From Podarcis melisellensis (taxonomy: Eukaryota), in NCBI GenBank assembly GCA_964234715.1, contig OZ174276.1: a stretch of 64,000 bases of DNA; one strand, given 5' to 3'. Both the position numbers and the translations under genes were made by a program. The stretch's first letter is position 1. Each line of letters begins with the position of its first letter. Below are positions 38,401 to 51,300 of this stretch, one piece after another. Below the pieces are notes generated by a model. It searched no databases and had not been told where the DNA came from. It saw only the letters and a program-made list of their open reading frames with translations.

Positions 38401-40872
38401 CTCCACCCACTAGCTGTAGTTGTGGGGGGGGGGCAGGTATTTATCAGTCTGCTTTTATAGTTTGTCTAGTTCCTAATTCTACTAGCAGTTGCTGACATCA
38501 TGGGCCTGATCATCATGCTCCTAGGAGCCTCATTCCTTACCACTGAGGAAATCCACACATACCCAACCCAAGCCTGCTCTCTTTCTCTCTCTCTCTCTCC
38601 AGGAGATTCCCTTCTATCACCTTTGGAGTGGTCTGCAGCCTTACCTGCACTGCACCTTCACGTTGGAGCGACTTAGCACCAGCACTTGCCAGTTGGCTTG
38701 CAAAATCTGGATCTGGCAGGTGGAGGGTGATGGGCAGAGCTTCAATATTGACTTCAACATTGCCAAGGTGAGGGCAAGGACGTGGCCATGGGAGGGCTGG
38801 CCAAATGACCTCTGTGGTACCCTTTTGGGTGGGAACCTATCTAGCTTTTGAATGGGTTTTAAATACTTTATGCGCACTTGCGGTTATTGTGTCGAGGACC
38901 GTTTCATAGAATTCCCATGGAACAGAGTCAAAAGTGGAAATGCAAGGCAGGACAGCGTCAATAGGTCTATCCTAACATGAGGACAGAAAACTATCGCAGG
39001 CTGGAATTGTGTGCACATTCAGAAAAAGCATAGAATGGGCCAGTTCGGACATGGCTTTGTAACTAACGATAGTTTATGAAGCCAGGTGGAGTGTTGGCTC
39101 TGCATGTCCCCATCCCACTCGCCCTTCCTTCCCTTGCACACAAGCTTTGGCGTGGCGCTTCTGGAACTGCATTTGAAATTGGGGTTTACAGTTGTCCTTT
39201 TTATTCTTATTGCACCCTGTCCTGGGACTTTTTTTGAAGGGCAGGTAACAGGTATTCATAATAAATAAATACTAACTAGAATATTAACCAGGGTCAGAGC
39301 TTGCTTTAATTATCCTGGTTAACAAACCAACACTGGTCCACCTCCCCACTTGAGACGTTATTAGGAACTCTTCAGTTCCAAGATCTGTGCATCAACACCA
39401 ACATGCAATCGGTGGAGGAGAGTGGAAAGGAAGAAGCATGTGGGCCCATTGCTCTGCCATGGCTTATGAGACTACATGTGAAGCAGCCCAGTGTTATGTG
39501 AAGTGTGAAATTTAACATCTTAAGAACTTCTTTTATAAAAGCAGGTTTTTTAGTTACTTTAGGGCTGTGAAAGTGTGGCCAGTGATTACTGGAATCTCAG
39601 AAGCCAGAGGTGTGGCTAACTATCAATTATGCTTGATTTCCATAATCTGTAGAAGTCACAGGATCCCATTTTTTCTCTTCGCAAAATACAGCCGGCCCTG
39701 CGCATCGCTGCTCTTTATGTCAACAAAAGCCTCCTTTCCCCCGCAGCAGTGAGCCTACCCTTTAACTTTTTGTTCCCCTTCACTCCTCCTTTCCCAGTCA
39801 AGCGGGAGATATTCTTTGTGATCTTTAGGTATCCTCCTTCGCTAAACCTGTCAAGTAGACAGAATTACCCTTCTGGGGAATATCTGGGAGAAAATCATAT
39901 TGTGTCAGGGAGGCCTCTCCACCTTACTTAAAGCAGCATCAAACTGAGAGAGAATATAAAGCAGAAACAGCCTTGTCTTCACGGGCACTCTCTCCTCCAT
40001 TGCCTCTTCTCACCATGAAGACTTTGTTCGCCTTATAGGTCCTAATAGCTGCTCTCCTTTTCCCAGGATGCACGGTTCTCGGACTGGCTGCCCCCAGACA
40101 ATGAGGCTGGCTCCCCTGCCCTCGTGGGCCCCAGTGCCTTCAAGATCCCCTTCCTCATCCGCCAGAAGATCATAAGCAGCCTGGATGCACCAGGGGCCCG
40201 TGGGGCTGACTGGAGAGCATTAGCCCAGAAACTGCACCTCGACAGGTAAATCTCTATACCAGGAGAAACAAGCTGCAGCTGGCACAGACCCTACCTGGTG
40301 GATGAATCTTGCTTTAGCAGGAACAAGTGAATAAGGTGGGAGGAGGGGTTTCTGTATGGCAGGCCAGCAGGAACAGATGCAGTCACATTGTTTTTTCCTG
40401 TGACATAGTGGGGGCAAGGAAGGAGAGGAAAACTGGGGGCTCATCTGGACTTCTTTTTGTGCTGTGAAAACCCGCTCTTTACTGCTGAATTGGAGCAAAC
40501 AGCAATCTGCAGAAATCCAAAATTGCCATTTGTTCCAATTCAGCATTAAAGAGCGGGGGTTTTGCTAGGGCAAAACAAAAACGCTCAGACAGAGTTTTAA
40601 AGAGCAGGCCTGTGCCTAGAAAGCATGGGGCAAAAGGTGTGTGTGAATAAGTGCTGCCTTGGGGGCTCTTTCTCCTGGGTAATAATGGCCTCTCCTCTTT
40701 CCACAGCCATCTAAGCTTCTTTGCTTCGAAACCCAGCCCAACGGCCATGATGTTGAACTTATGGGAAGCCCGTCACTTCCCCAACGGGAACCTCAACCAG
40801 CTGGCGGCTGCTGTGGCGGAGGTGGGCAAGCAGGACAGCTCCCTCTTCATGGTGTCGGAGGCTGAGTGCTAA
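24896..40872 (+). CDS. UNC5A: UNC5A netrin receptor, spliced CDS exons 2-16 (Ig-Ig-TSP1-TSP1-TM-ZU5-UPA-death domain); exon 1 not located
   Basis: 15 exons join in frame (2624 nt, entered in phase 1), from [27 protein letters not shown] to ..[10 protein letters not shown]; UNC5A-type sequence; tail-to-tail with HK3. Confidence 0.97.
25561..25704 (+). CDS. UNC5A: UNC5A exon 3, 144 nt
   Basis: ggcag|GCCTG..GCTT|gtgagt; [25 protein letters not shown]. Confidence 0.96.
25965..26068 (+). CDS. UNC5A: UNC5A exon 4, 104 nt
   Basis: ccag|ATCTG..GAA|gtgagt; [35 protein letters not shown]. Confidence 0.96.
26518..26698 (+). CDS. UNC5A: UNC5A exon 5 (Ig2), 181 nt
   Basis: caag|GTCGAG..TATG|gtagg; [31 protein letters not shown]. 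Confidence 0.96.
27602..27769 (+). CDS. UNC5A: UNC5A exon 6 (TSP1 repeat 1), 168 nt
   Basis: ccag|TGAATGGC..CCAG|gtact; [32 protein letters not shown]. Confidence 0.95.
28484..28648 (+). CDS. UNC5A: UNC5A exon 7 (TSP1 repeat 2), 165 nt
   Basis: gcag|TGCCT..CATG|gtgagt; [33 protein letters not shown]. Confidence 0.95.
29408..29467. repeat. (CG)/(CACACG)/(CA) compound microsatellite
   Basis: Alternating purine-pyrimidine run. Confidence 0.9.
30773..30961 (+). CDS. UNC5A: UNC5A exon 8 (transmembrane and DVAD caspase site), 189 nt
   Basis: ttag|GAACG..GCAG|gtgag; [41 protein letters not shown]. Confidence 0.96.
31569..31707 (+). mobile_element. tRNA-Ile-headed SINE with CR1-type tail
   Basis: AGCTCAGCTGGTTAGAGCATGGTGCTAATAACGCCAAGG, then CATTGCAGGGGGTT..CCAACTCTATGATTC. 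Confidence 0.8.
33536..33835 (+). CDS. UNC5A: UNC5A exon 9, 300 nt
   Basis: gcag|ATAAC..ACAG|gtgag; [28 protein letters not shown]. Confidence 0.95.
34388..34475 (+). CDS. UNC5A: UNC5A exon 10 (ZU5), 88 nt
   Basis: ttag|GTGTC..GTGAG|gtatc; [29 protein letters not shown]. Confidence 0.95.
36073..36241 (+). CDS. UNC5A: UNC5A exon 11 (ZU5), 169 nt
   Basis: ttgag|GCTGCCC..GAG|gtgagt; [28 protein letters not shown]. Confidence 0.94.
36788..36936 (+). mobile_element. tRNA-Lys-headed SINE with CR1-type tail
   Basis: TAGCTCAGTCAGTAGAGCATAAGACTCTCAATCTCAGGG, then the same tail. Confidence 0.82.
37472..37705 (+). CDS. UNC5A: UNC5A exon 12, 234 nt
   Basis: tcag|GATGTG..AAG|gtatt; [31 protein letters not shown]. 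Confidence 0.95.
38079..38228 (+). CDS. UNC5A: UNC5A exon 13 (UPA), 150 nt, followed by a GC donor
   Basis: ccag|GAAGTG..CAG|gcaagt; [35 protein letters not shown]. Confidence 0.93.
38603..38767 (+). CDS. UNC5A: UNC5A exon 14, 165 nt
   Basis: ccag|GAGATT..AAG|gtgag; [29 protein letters not shown]. Confidence 0.95.
40067..40245 (+). CDS. UNC5A: UNC5A exon 15 (death domain start), 179 nt
   Basis: ccag|GATGCA..GACAG|gtaaa; [34 protein letters not shown]. Confidence 0.95.
40707..40872 (+). CDS. UNC5A: UNC5A last coding exon (death domain, EAEC C-terminus)
   Basis: acag|CCATCTA..TGC TAA; [28 protein letters not shown]. Confidence 0.96.
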
Positions 40873-41796
40873 GGCACTTGGTAGGGGCAGCACAGGCCTT
40901 TGCTGGGGGATGGCAGAGGGCATCTCCGCTTGAAGGAGGCAGTGTTCCCACACTTGTCCTGCTTTGAATACGCCTGCGTGCTCCGTCGGAGGCATCCTAG
41001 CCTCACGCCCTCTGTTCCTTGTGCCAAATACAACTAGAAGGCAAGCACACCGGGCTCAGTCTCTAGTAGCCATGGGGTGGTGGGGGAAACTACTGAATGC
41101 CTGCCCTGCCACTGCCATGGAAGCTCTGGGACTGGCCGAGGGAAGCTTGCCCCATATTTTGCAGTAGGCTGGCAATGGATTCTGATGTACTTCTGTTGGG
41201 CTTAGTCATATACCCAGGGCCCTCTTCTTCCCCAGCATGGGAAGAAAGGGGAAGGGAGATGGCTGGCTTGGTGCTTGTGGGGAGTGACCCAGGACAAAAA
41301 GGTAAGCTTGGTCCTGGAGCCGAAAAGCCCGTGCCTCTCCCACTGCAGCCCCCAGAGCGTCCCATGCTGCGATGAAGCAGAGCCGGGAGGGGGGATCCGA
41401 CAGGTTGTTTCCAGAGCCATCTCTGTATATTTTTGCTCCAGCCCAAGAGATACCCGTGACCTGGTCATAGTGGGCTGCCCTGGGGTTGGTGCTGACACTG
41501 GGGACCCTGGGGGACAAGGAGAGGAGATGGTCAAGGGCAGCCCAGGGAGGTGGGCCATGCTGTGCTGGATGACAGGATCTGTGCCTCCTTAGTCCTTGCC
41601 CAGTGTATATGCAAAGGGAATTGTGCGTGTGCGTGGCAGTCCAATCCGTGCAGTGAACGTGTGCTGGGCCAGGCGGGCCCATGCCGTATTGTGTAAAGAT
41701 CGTTTTTTATTCTGTATTCAAGTGCATTCAAGTATTTACACTTGGCCTTATGTACATATAAGCGTCCCGCACAGGGTTTTAGCGGGCATGAATGTA

Positions 41797-41802
41797 AATA
41801 AA
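41797..41802 (+). terminator. Probable UNC5A polyadenylation signal AATAAA
   Basis: AATAAA about 925 nt after the stop, followed by AT-rich then GT-rich sequence. Confidence 0.7.
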
Positions 41803-42247
41803 TTATATATATATATTGCTACATGGGACTTCTTGTGTCTGTACTCAACACTAGGCCAATGGAAGCATTGCCAGGTCTGGGAAAAAGCAGAGAGAGTTCA
41901 AATCTGAGCAGAGCTTCCTTGACAGCTTAGTAGGTGTAGAAATGTCCAGGGTTATTAAGAAGGCACCTCCATTTTAGCACTCTCAGTCTGTGTTATCTTT
42001 GGGCTTGGATTGTTGGGGGGAAATATATATAACTTGGAAAACCAAGTGGCAGCAGGAATTTGTTTTATTGTTTTCCTCGCTTGAACATGAATCAGAGATG
42101 GTAAAGAGAGCTATAAAGATGGAAGACCGCTGCTGACACAACTTGCCTTTCCTGCAGTTTGGCCACAGAGAAGGGTGAAACACATTGCTGTGGGTCAAGG
42201 TCTGGGCATTGTAGAGAATGGCTTGGTGTCCTCGTTACTGGGACATC

Positions 42248-42253
42248 TTTATT
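42248..42253 (-). terminator. Probable HK3 polyadenylation signal
   Basis: AATAAA on the minus strand 21 nt after the stop; further copies at 42064-42069 and 41706-41711. Confidence 0.6.
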
Positions 42254-42274
42254 CAAGTCAAGTGGATGGTTTGG

Positions 42275-42398
42275 TTATTTATGGGCCACAGCAGCAATCA
42301 GTGCAGCCCCCTTCCCTGAACCATCCTCTGACAGCAAGAACTTGACGTTGCAGTTTGGAGCTATCAGAGCCGTCGTCTTATGAAGCTTTGTTGCAAAG
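42275..42398 (-). CDS. HK3: HK3 last coding exon
   Basis: [40 protein letters not shown]. Confidence 0.95.
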
Positions 42399-45300
42399 CT
42401 GAGAACAGAAAGGGAGCATGTCCGTGAGGAAGAGAAAGCAATGTTCAGCCAGTATCACACCCTCCCCTGGTTACATGGTTCTTGGACATACATTATTGCA
42501 GCTTTCCCCTCTTTCCCTCACCCAAAACAGGGGCAGCATTCAACTTTTCTAGGCAGGTGCTGCAGAACCCCATACTCCAAAGAAAACCAGGTACTGCCCA
42601 TACAGCCTTACTGCAGCTTAGGAAGAACCGTCCTTTACCATGCACTGTGTCTCCCAATAAGTACTAAGGTCCTCCAGCCTAGCATGGGTCAGTAATGGCT
42701 GAGTTTCTCCCCATGCATCAAAACACAGTTGTTGTCATCTCTGCCCAACCTGGTCTTGCCATCCATTGGGCAACTGAAGTTTCCATTCCCCTATTGGCAC
42801 TCTGTTGGGTTGAGGCCTTGCTTGCCCCGCAGTTTAATGAAGCAAAACTGACTCACTAAGGATGCATCTTGTAGAGTGTCCCATCCACGCCAACTGTTAT
42901 ATCCAGCTTTGACGCACGACGGTTCTCTCGGATCTTCTCCACAACTGCAGATATTCCCACTGCACACATCTTAGCGGCACGTGACGACACGGCACGGCAC
43001 ACATCCTTTACCACCAAGGCATCCTCCGTAGATACACTCAACCCATATTCTTCCAGAATGTTACACACGTAATGGTGACCAGGAGTGCTGCTTACAGAAC
43101 ATTATAATCAGCGGTGGAACTGCTTGAGATACCTATTATATTCAACAAGAGCTGTTGCCCTCTTAGAAGCTAAGCATTTCTAGTCTCTCAGTTTTGCAGA
43201 TGGGATTCAATCACAAATGGGCAAATTCAGGCTGCACAATTTAACTTGATTTGGCGTTCTTGAACAACAAACCAGCTTCAATCCCAAATCAGTTTTGTTT
43301 TTGCAATATGGAAAGTGGGAGATTGTCTGGTGCAATGTTGTATAACTTCCCCACGAATAAAAACGGATTTAACCTCCCCACAAACTTTGTGCAAACAAAT
43401 CATTATGGATGCTGTATAAACAGGTGGTCTGGAAGCAGCCACATTCATCCTGAAAGAACCCATTGTTCCCCAAAGGGTTCGTGCGGCAGATCATGAAGGT
43501 TTTTACATTCCAAAAGGGGGGGAGGGGAATCCAGGCAATGCCAAATTACTGAGAATTCTGCATCAGCAAGACTAAAGCTTGGTGCTCAGAATGTATTATT
43601 GAAATAAATACAATATCTAAAAATTGGCTTGCTTTCCGTAAAATCATTTAAGTTTGCATGCTTGCAATATAATCTGGGACAAGGGGTACTTGCTTGTCAG
43701 AAGATGATCCAAGCCTAGGTAAGGTGAAGTTAAGAATGAGGGGTGGACAGATAACCAAGTAGGACTTAGAGTCTTTTACAGGTAAAGACCAAAAGAAGCC
43801 TCAGGAATTTGATTTCTGCACCAAACCTAAATTCTACATGAAAAGAGAATGTTACGGATACACACTTACTCCTCAACATTTGTTAGGAATTTGGTGGGGA
43901 AGATGTTTTTGGTCTTCAGTATTTCTGATGGGCGACCCCTGAAGATGACCTTGCGCATTGTTAGCTCCAGCAGAATATAGCGCACAATCTCACCCAAGTA
44001 CATGCCACTGATGAGCTTTTCATACCTTTAGGGGAAATGGAAATGAGTGTCACACCCTGGAGGCAGCCATCACCCCAGATCACTCCCAGGTACCCGGACT
44101 CACCTTTGCTGGCCAGCATTGATGGATTCTGCATCCACTTTCTCATCAAACTGTGTTATGTAGTGCTCGAGGCAGCCATTGTCTCCAAAGCCCCCCCATT
44201 CCATATTGATACACATTCTGCCCTCGTCCCCCTCCACAGTGCCCACATTCCTCATCTCCTCCATGTAACAGGCATTGGTACCCGTACCTGAGAAAAAGGG
44301 ATGGAAATGAATCACTGATGAAAATGGACTGTCATATTTCCCCCTGCTCAGAGCAAGGAAAGTATTGGGATCAAGCCTGGAGGAAGAATCTTCAGCCCAC
44401 TTGGCGATCCATTCTAAATCTCAAAATTACAGAGAAAGGCTTACCTGTCAGGGAGCAGCCCAGATTCTGGTTATAGATCCCCCAAAGAAGGTAATAGTTT
44501 CAAGAAGAGTGCAGGAGGGCATCTGCTGTTGGAAATATATTCCCTTGGAAAGCACCACATGTATAATCCCCTTGCCCCTAAAAGACAGATCCCGCTCACC
44601 TATTCCCAACCACCCTAGGAATTTTATCAAAGGGCAGAGCAGTATACATTTCTAGAAAACAATAATTAAAATAATGCTGCCGCAACCATCTTACCGACGA
44701 TGAGGCCAATCTCACAGTTGGGGTCCACATAGGCACATGCCATCATGGTTCCTACAGTGTCATTCACTATGGCAACCACATCTATATCAATGTCCTGGGA
44801 AGAGAAAGGGAGGGAGAGACAGAGAGCAGCAAGATGTGTTACCAGGCAACACGATTCCCTATCACCACAGTAACCAGCAGAGACCCATAGGCCCTGTCGC
44901 TTGGGAAATAGGCCCCCTCTCCCTGCCCCCCCTTCTGAAGGCCCCTGGGGGCATCAACCTGAAGGGAGCTCTCAAGCTCTGTCACTGTCATCGGGCTGGC
45001 TTACCAAATGGTTGCTGTTAAGCCTTCCACTTTCTCAATGGGCTACATAGCAAGTGACCCATCATCACAGAGTAGACCTAGGGGTGGGGACTGAGAATAT
45101 GGAGCACCGTAATGCTTTGAACACGCAACACAAACTTCTTGGGCCTGCTTGACATACAAGTTGGTTCACCTCAGAGTCGTGAGGGGCTCCTTACGCCATA
45201 TCCAAACTGAGTGAACTCTGCCAGACACATGCCCCATTTCCCAGGTCTGACAAAGAATAGAGGCGAGGCCCTTTTCTACCTGGTGCACGCTCTCACTCGC

Positions 45301-48300
45301 TCACCGATAAACATGGGAGAGCTGTTGTTAGACTAGAGGCACGCATCACACGTATGCAAGGGAAATAGACATGCGATGGCTGCTTTTCCTTGGGACTGGG
45401 GAAAGCAAATGTCTGGAGGCATGCTTGACCATTTGCCTGCGGCTTCTCTGCTTCAAATTGTTGCCTGCAAAGTCATTTCTTCCCAGGGTTCCACATAAGG
45501 CAAACCCAGATTTGGTGAGGGAGGCATTTGGAGCAGAGAATTAAGAAGCAAGAATGTGATTAAGCACCCATTCCTCCTCTCCAAAATCACACCCTTTTGA
45601 AGATGGATTTCCCTAAGAAAAACAGGTGCCAGGCCTGCCTTGCATGGATATGCATTGTTAGTACCTACAGTATATGTATAGTGTATGCATGGTTGGTACC
45701 TAGAGCTAAGGTGAATAAAAAAAAGAGGTTCTATCATTATAAGCTTCAAAATTCTATAGCTTAATAAAAATGGTATCTGCTTGACTAATAACTTCAAAGC
45801 TGGCCTACCTGATTTGCCTGATGAGGTATACAAAAGTGCCAACTTCCACATCAATCTGATAAAAATTGCCAGCATACAGCAAGTTTAAAGGATTGGAAAC
45901 TGACACTTTGGCCCCCTTTCCCCCAGTTAAGAAAGCATATAATATATATTCTTCCTAATTTTCACAAAAACTACTGAGAGTGGTTATTCTCTTCCAGTAT
46001 TTAATACCACAATGACCCTATAAAGCAGGTCATGGGGGGAGGGAGTGGATTAGCAATGCATACCAGTGAGATGCATGCCTTGTGTTTAACCAAACTACTA
46101 GAAGAGACTACACCTCATAACCACACATATACCCTGTGCTGAAAACTTCTGCCCCCACCCCATGCTGCAAGCCACCAAATGCCCAAATGAACCACACCCA
46201 AGGCCCCTTGTACACATTCTGCCTTAAGCTTGCCACACACTCCACCCAACACAAAAACCCAAGACGCACCTCACCCTTTGCACTGAACCCCCCTCACCCC
46301 CCCTCCTGGTGACATACACACCACCTCACACTGAAACCCACCCTTATACCAAACCCGCTCCCACACACCCTGCCCCACAGTGAACCTGCCCAGGAGGATT
46401 ATGAAGAAGAAGACGGCAGTGGTTCTCTTCCATTATTTAACCTCACAGTGACCCAGGGAGATAGATTATGCGTTGAGATAGCAACAGTGGCCATGTGTTT
46501 AACAAGGCTCCTGTCCAAAACGGAGATGTGGGGTGGCGGTTGGGCTATTGGACTGGGTGAAAACAAAGAATGCATTTCACAGGGATATATCATCACAGCC
46601 GCTATCTCTGGGAGAGAAAGGGTATACTTGTCTATATGCAGGTGGAAGTGGTCAGAGTGCTGGCAGAGGGGAAATGAATGCATCAAAAGTTAATTAAGCT
46701 GGAACTGATTAGAGGGTGTCCCTTGTTTTGTGACTGGACAGGTCCGGCTCTGGCAGCCATTTTGTGCTGTTGTCTATGAGCTTTTCAGATGTCCAGATGT
46801 TCCCATGGGTCTAGAACGGCTAGTTTTTGCCAAGGTCTAGGGGCCAGGAGACAGATGTTAGAGAGCTGGGGGTGTTTTTGTGAGTGTGAATTAGCCAGTA
46901 AATTGCCTAAATGACATTGTGATTAGGTCACAGGTTATTTTTCCCTGGGGCCTCAAACCTTCAGATCAGTGGAACAGAACTAGAGCTGGCGTTTTTAGGA
47001 GTGGCAGTACTACTGGCAGTTCAAGGTAGCAAGGAGCACCTCCCATTGTGCAATGAAGTATTATGGCATACAACTTAGGCCCAAGCTATCTGAAAGACTA
47101 TATTCCCTCAGATGAACCTGCCCAGGTTATGAGAGCTTTGGGGGAGGCCCTTTTCTTGGTCCCACCACCCTCACAGGCATGCGTGATGGGGATGCAGGAG
47201 AAGGCCTTCTTGGTGGCTGCTCCCAGACTTTGGAGCTCCCTCACTAGAGAAGTTAGACTAGCACTCTCCTTGCTGTCCTACTAGCAAGTGAAGATCCTAT
47301 TCCAACAGGCTTTAAGGAACTGACTGCTTTTAATTAATTGGGGTTTGGGGGGGTTAATGATGGAGGCAGTTATTTTCTATGTTTTAAGCTGTTCTTATTT
47401 TATCTGTAAGCCGCCTAGAGTCCCTGATAGTAGATTTAATAAACCAAGAGGAACAGGGATCAAGGGGGCACATGATCAAGCATATTGCTGCACACACCTT
47501 ATTCATATTATCTGTTGTATTAAATAAAAGACAGCATTGGACACTTGAGTTGGAAGGACTGCAACTGCTGAACCAAAGTCTCTCTGAAGTAGTTTTGAAA
47601 ATAATCCACCTGTTTCATAGATTTTAAAGAGGCAACACTAAAAGCTGCATTTTGGCAGTGTGGAGGAGGTGAATGCACTGATTCTGAGTAGGAATGAATT
47701 GTTTTCATTCATTTCATGTTATTTCAGTGAATTTGTAGGGCAGTGCCTCTTTCACACAAAAAAATAAAAGAGCCTCCAACAGGGACTTATATAGAACATC
47801 ATTAGACAATTGAGCTTACAAATCTTAGCCCACACATCTTTTCTATTACAAACTGGTGTTGGGAGGGTGCAATCTGAAGCAAAGTGGTGTGTTGGAAGAC
47901 GGTGCTTAACCCTTTCCAGGCACTGGTCCAGGAATAAAAGCTCTGTGTCTGAGCATTGTTGTTGTTTGCCCTGGAGATTTCCCAACGAAAACCCGCTCTA
48001 TAGCACTCAATCAGAGCAAATGTCAGTTTGGGTTTCCTGTAGATTGCTGTGTGCTCTTATTGAACTCTAAAAGATGGGTTTTCATGGGGAAGGCACTGGA
48101 GAAAAAAAAGAAGAAGGGGGGGGGAGAAGGATGCTTGAACACAGAGCATGAAAGTGTGGGCCATGCATGGAAAGAGCAGAGGAACGGTAAGTGTGGATAT
48201 GCCCTTATTGTAGTGACAATTTTCTTGTAAATTGCTTAGAGATTTTACTACTTTGAACTGGTATATAATTTTTGATAAATGATTTTTAAATAGAATTTTA

Positions 48301-51300
48301 AAAACCCTCCTCCCCATCAGGATTTGGGCTTGAAAGACCAAGGAGAAGTGTGGGTACTTAGGGGTGAGTTGTACACAAGTGTAACTTGTGTCCTTGAACA
48401 ACAACTTTGCTGATTATGGGGCACATCTGATAAAGCATTAGCCTCAGCTTCCAGTTTTCTGGCTTTGTGGAGCTTGAGCCAACGTGAGATAGCCTTAACT
48501 CTGATTTTAAACCAGCGGGTTTTGTGATAATTTAAAAGCCTTTCATTTTGATAAATCAGATTAAGTCTGAATAGTCCAGCCCAAACTGTAATCCCTAGCA
48601 AATCTATCCAGAGCTCGTGCCCCATATCCCACACATACCGTTTGACGCTTTACAGCCTCTCTTAGCAACTGCACAACATCTTCTCCCACACAGCCTGTGG
48701 CACTGAACCCCTTGGTCCATCTCAGCAAGATGCCCTGTGAAACCAAGAGAAACAAGGAATTGTGATAAACATGAAGGTGCAACTGGACTGCTTTCTCTGA
48801 GCTGTTTGCCCTTCACATGTTCATGGATGATTCTACTGTAGCTAAGCTGCAACAGAGAGATGGCAGTAGGAGACATGCAGATAATGCAGGGACCTGCCTC
48901 TGCAAAAGTTCTGCAGGTCCTCTAGCTACTGAGTTTTCTTTAGGCATTGCTCACCCAATCTCAAGTTTATCCTTGCAACAATATGGGCTAGAAACTTGCC
49001 AGTGCCAACTTGTGCAGCTTTTCTGCGCTTCCACAGAATTGTAGCATACACACTAGGACAGAGACTGGATCTATTAGAGAGAGATGCCTAACAAGTGGGG
49101 GCAGGGGGTTCAACAGGGGTTTTTCGCAATGGACAGCTGAATTTCACAATTTAGAAATCCTACAAGCTGAGCTTTCATTTCAAGTTATTTGTAAATGGTT
49201 TGAAAGCTATGTTGTTCTCATAGCGTTTGGAAATTTTTCTCTTTCTATCTTGGGGAACACAAGGTAGTTCAACCCCATTTCTCTCCCTTCCCATCTACCA
49301 CAAAAATACATTCCCAGCAGGGGGCTCCACTGGCTAACCCAGGTAAGGGAGGAGCAAAGTCCTAATTCCCAGCATCACCACATGAGCAGCAGATCACTTC
49401 CATAGGTGCTTCATACCTTGTCCAGGTTCGTCTGACTGCAGGGAAACGAAAAAGTGAAGCCCAATGGCAGTGTTCGTCCCACAATGCTATGCTTGCTATG
49501 GAAATCATTAATGCATTGAACAATGTGATCAAAGAGCTGCAGGAAAATGGGAGAAAGCATGAGGCCTTATGAGGTAAAGACAACTTTGGAGAGGAAACGC
49601 CATCAATAACAGTATCGCCCATCCCCACAGTTGCCAGTGTCACAGATTTAAGACCCAGCCAGTCTGTAATAGAGGCCAGTTCAACCCAGCCATGTCTTCC
49701 CCTTTCTTGCACCTACCTCTATTGCATTACTCTGGGCCACTTCGGGTGGAATTGTGTAAGACTCAGAGACCATGTGTACACCACCTTCTTCTTTGCTTTT
49801 CACCTGCACCATAAGCACTCGGAAATTGGTTCCGCCCAGATCCAATGCAAGGAACTCCCCTCTCTCTACAAAATGTAGAAGGGACAAGAGCTTGAGTGAC
49901 ATAGACTCTCAACTACAACCCAACACAGTCACTGCAAGGGTCTCCTTCTTTGGCTTCTTTGCCTGAGGCCAACATCATTCTCACCAGTGCTGGCAACTTA
50001 AACTATAAAGCCTTGGGAAAGCATCCCACCAGCCCTCTAGAATATTGGTTGGCAACTGAGGGGTCAAGACCCACTGGCACCATACCAATATTTGCTAATA
50101 AAATAAAATGCATATTTGTGCTATAGGCGGGTGCAGGATCTGAAAAGGTTGGAGACTCCTGTTGTTACTAGCAGTGGTTATGCTGCACCCTTCTCAGTGA
50201 GATGAACATAAGTAACAATAACAACAGCCCCATATCAATTGAAAGATATGGGCCCCCCAAAACTCGGAAGGTTTTCTCTGGGCCAAACACAACTTCCCTG
50301 AGACTTTTTTTAAAGCCCCCTTGAGCTCTTCAAAGCTCTTCCCTCCCAAGATAAAGGCCGTTCCCAAGAGGTTGTTCTCTGGCTCTCACCGCTGCCGTCA
50401 GGCAAATGGCGGACGTAAGTGGGCAACATGCGGACGGTGGCTGTACTGTGTGTCTCCTTTGACAGACCCTTCTCCATTTCCTGTCTCATCATGGTCCGCA
50501 GTGTGTCCATGTCGGACATAGAAAGTCGGAAAGGCGCCAGGACCTGGGCTACTCCTTCCTGTTGGTGTTTGAGCCTCAATGTCGCAGCTGCTACCCTGGC
50601 AGCCCCAAAAACACAGCCATGTTCTGATGTGGCAAAGGTGACAGTGCAATCAGGAGCCAGTGATTTCAATGTTTCTTGCAATATCTGACCATACCTGGAG
50701 GGAGAAGAAATGTCAGAGACCTTGAAGCAGGGTGACTGGAAGTAACCTTTCTGGCCTTTCTGCACCTGTCCCCTAGCTTACTATGCCTTTGCTCCAAAAG
50801 GAATGTGAAAATTTGCTGGATGGATGAGTCTTTGGGTCTGTTTACATTATCCACATTTTCTAAAATGGCTGAACTCCCTGAAGTTAACAGCCTCCTAACT
50901 TTGGACATGTAACAGACCCCCTAGCCTGGGAAACCCCAGTAACCAATTTGAGAGATTCAGATGGATGGATGGATCCATTTATCTGAGTAGTATAGATGGG
51001 TTACTGTCCTGGAAGGAGCTGTTATGGCAAGAGAGAGAGGATAAAATATGCTGCCTACTGAGTTTCTGGCAACAATGAATAGCTAAACTGACTTAATGGT
51101 TCTCTGGGTTGAGGGAAAATATTTGTATATCTGGAAGAAGACACTGGAAGAAATGCTTTCTTGGCCAGTGATTTCAGTCCAGGAGAAAGCTTGCTCCAAT
51201 AACCTGCTCATGAAAGGAAGTCAGGGAAAATATGATGGTTAGTCCAGTGGTGCATAGGAAAGTGGGATTGGTGGGTTTCTTGGTTTTGATTTAGATGAGG

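Noticed and set aside
42856-42858. Apparent premature stop in HK3 (also at 54260 and 51460)
   Set aside because: The codons are split by phase-2 introns (for example TA|C = Tyr); the spliced frame is intact.
46380-46690. Exon-like segment in the long HK3 intron
   Set aside because: The minus-strand acceptor gives an immediate stop in the required phase; no recognisable homology.
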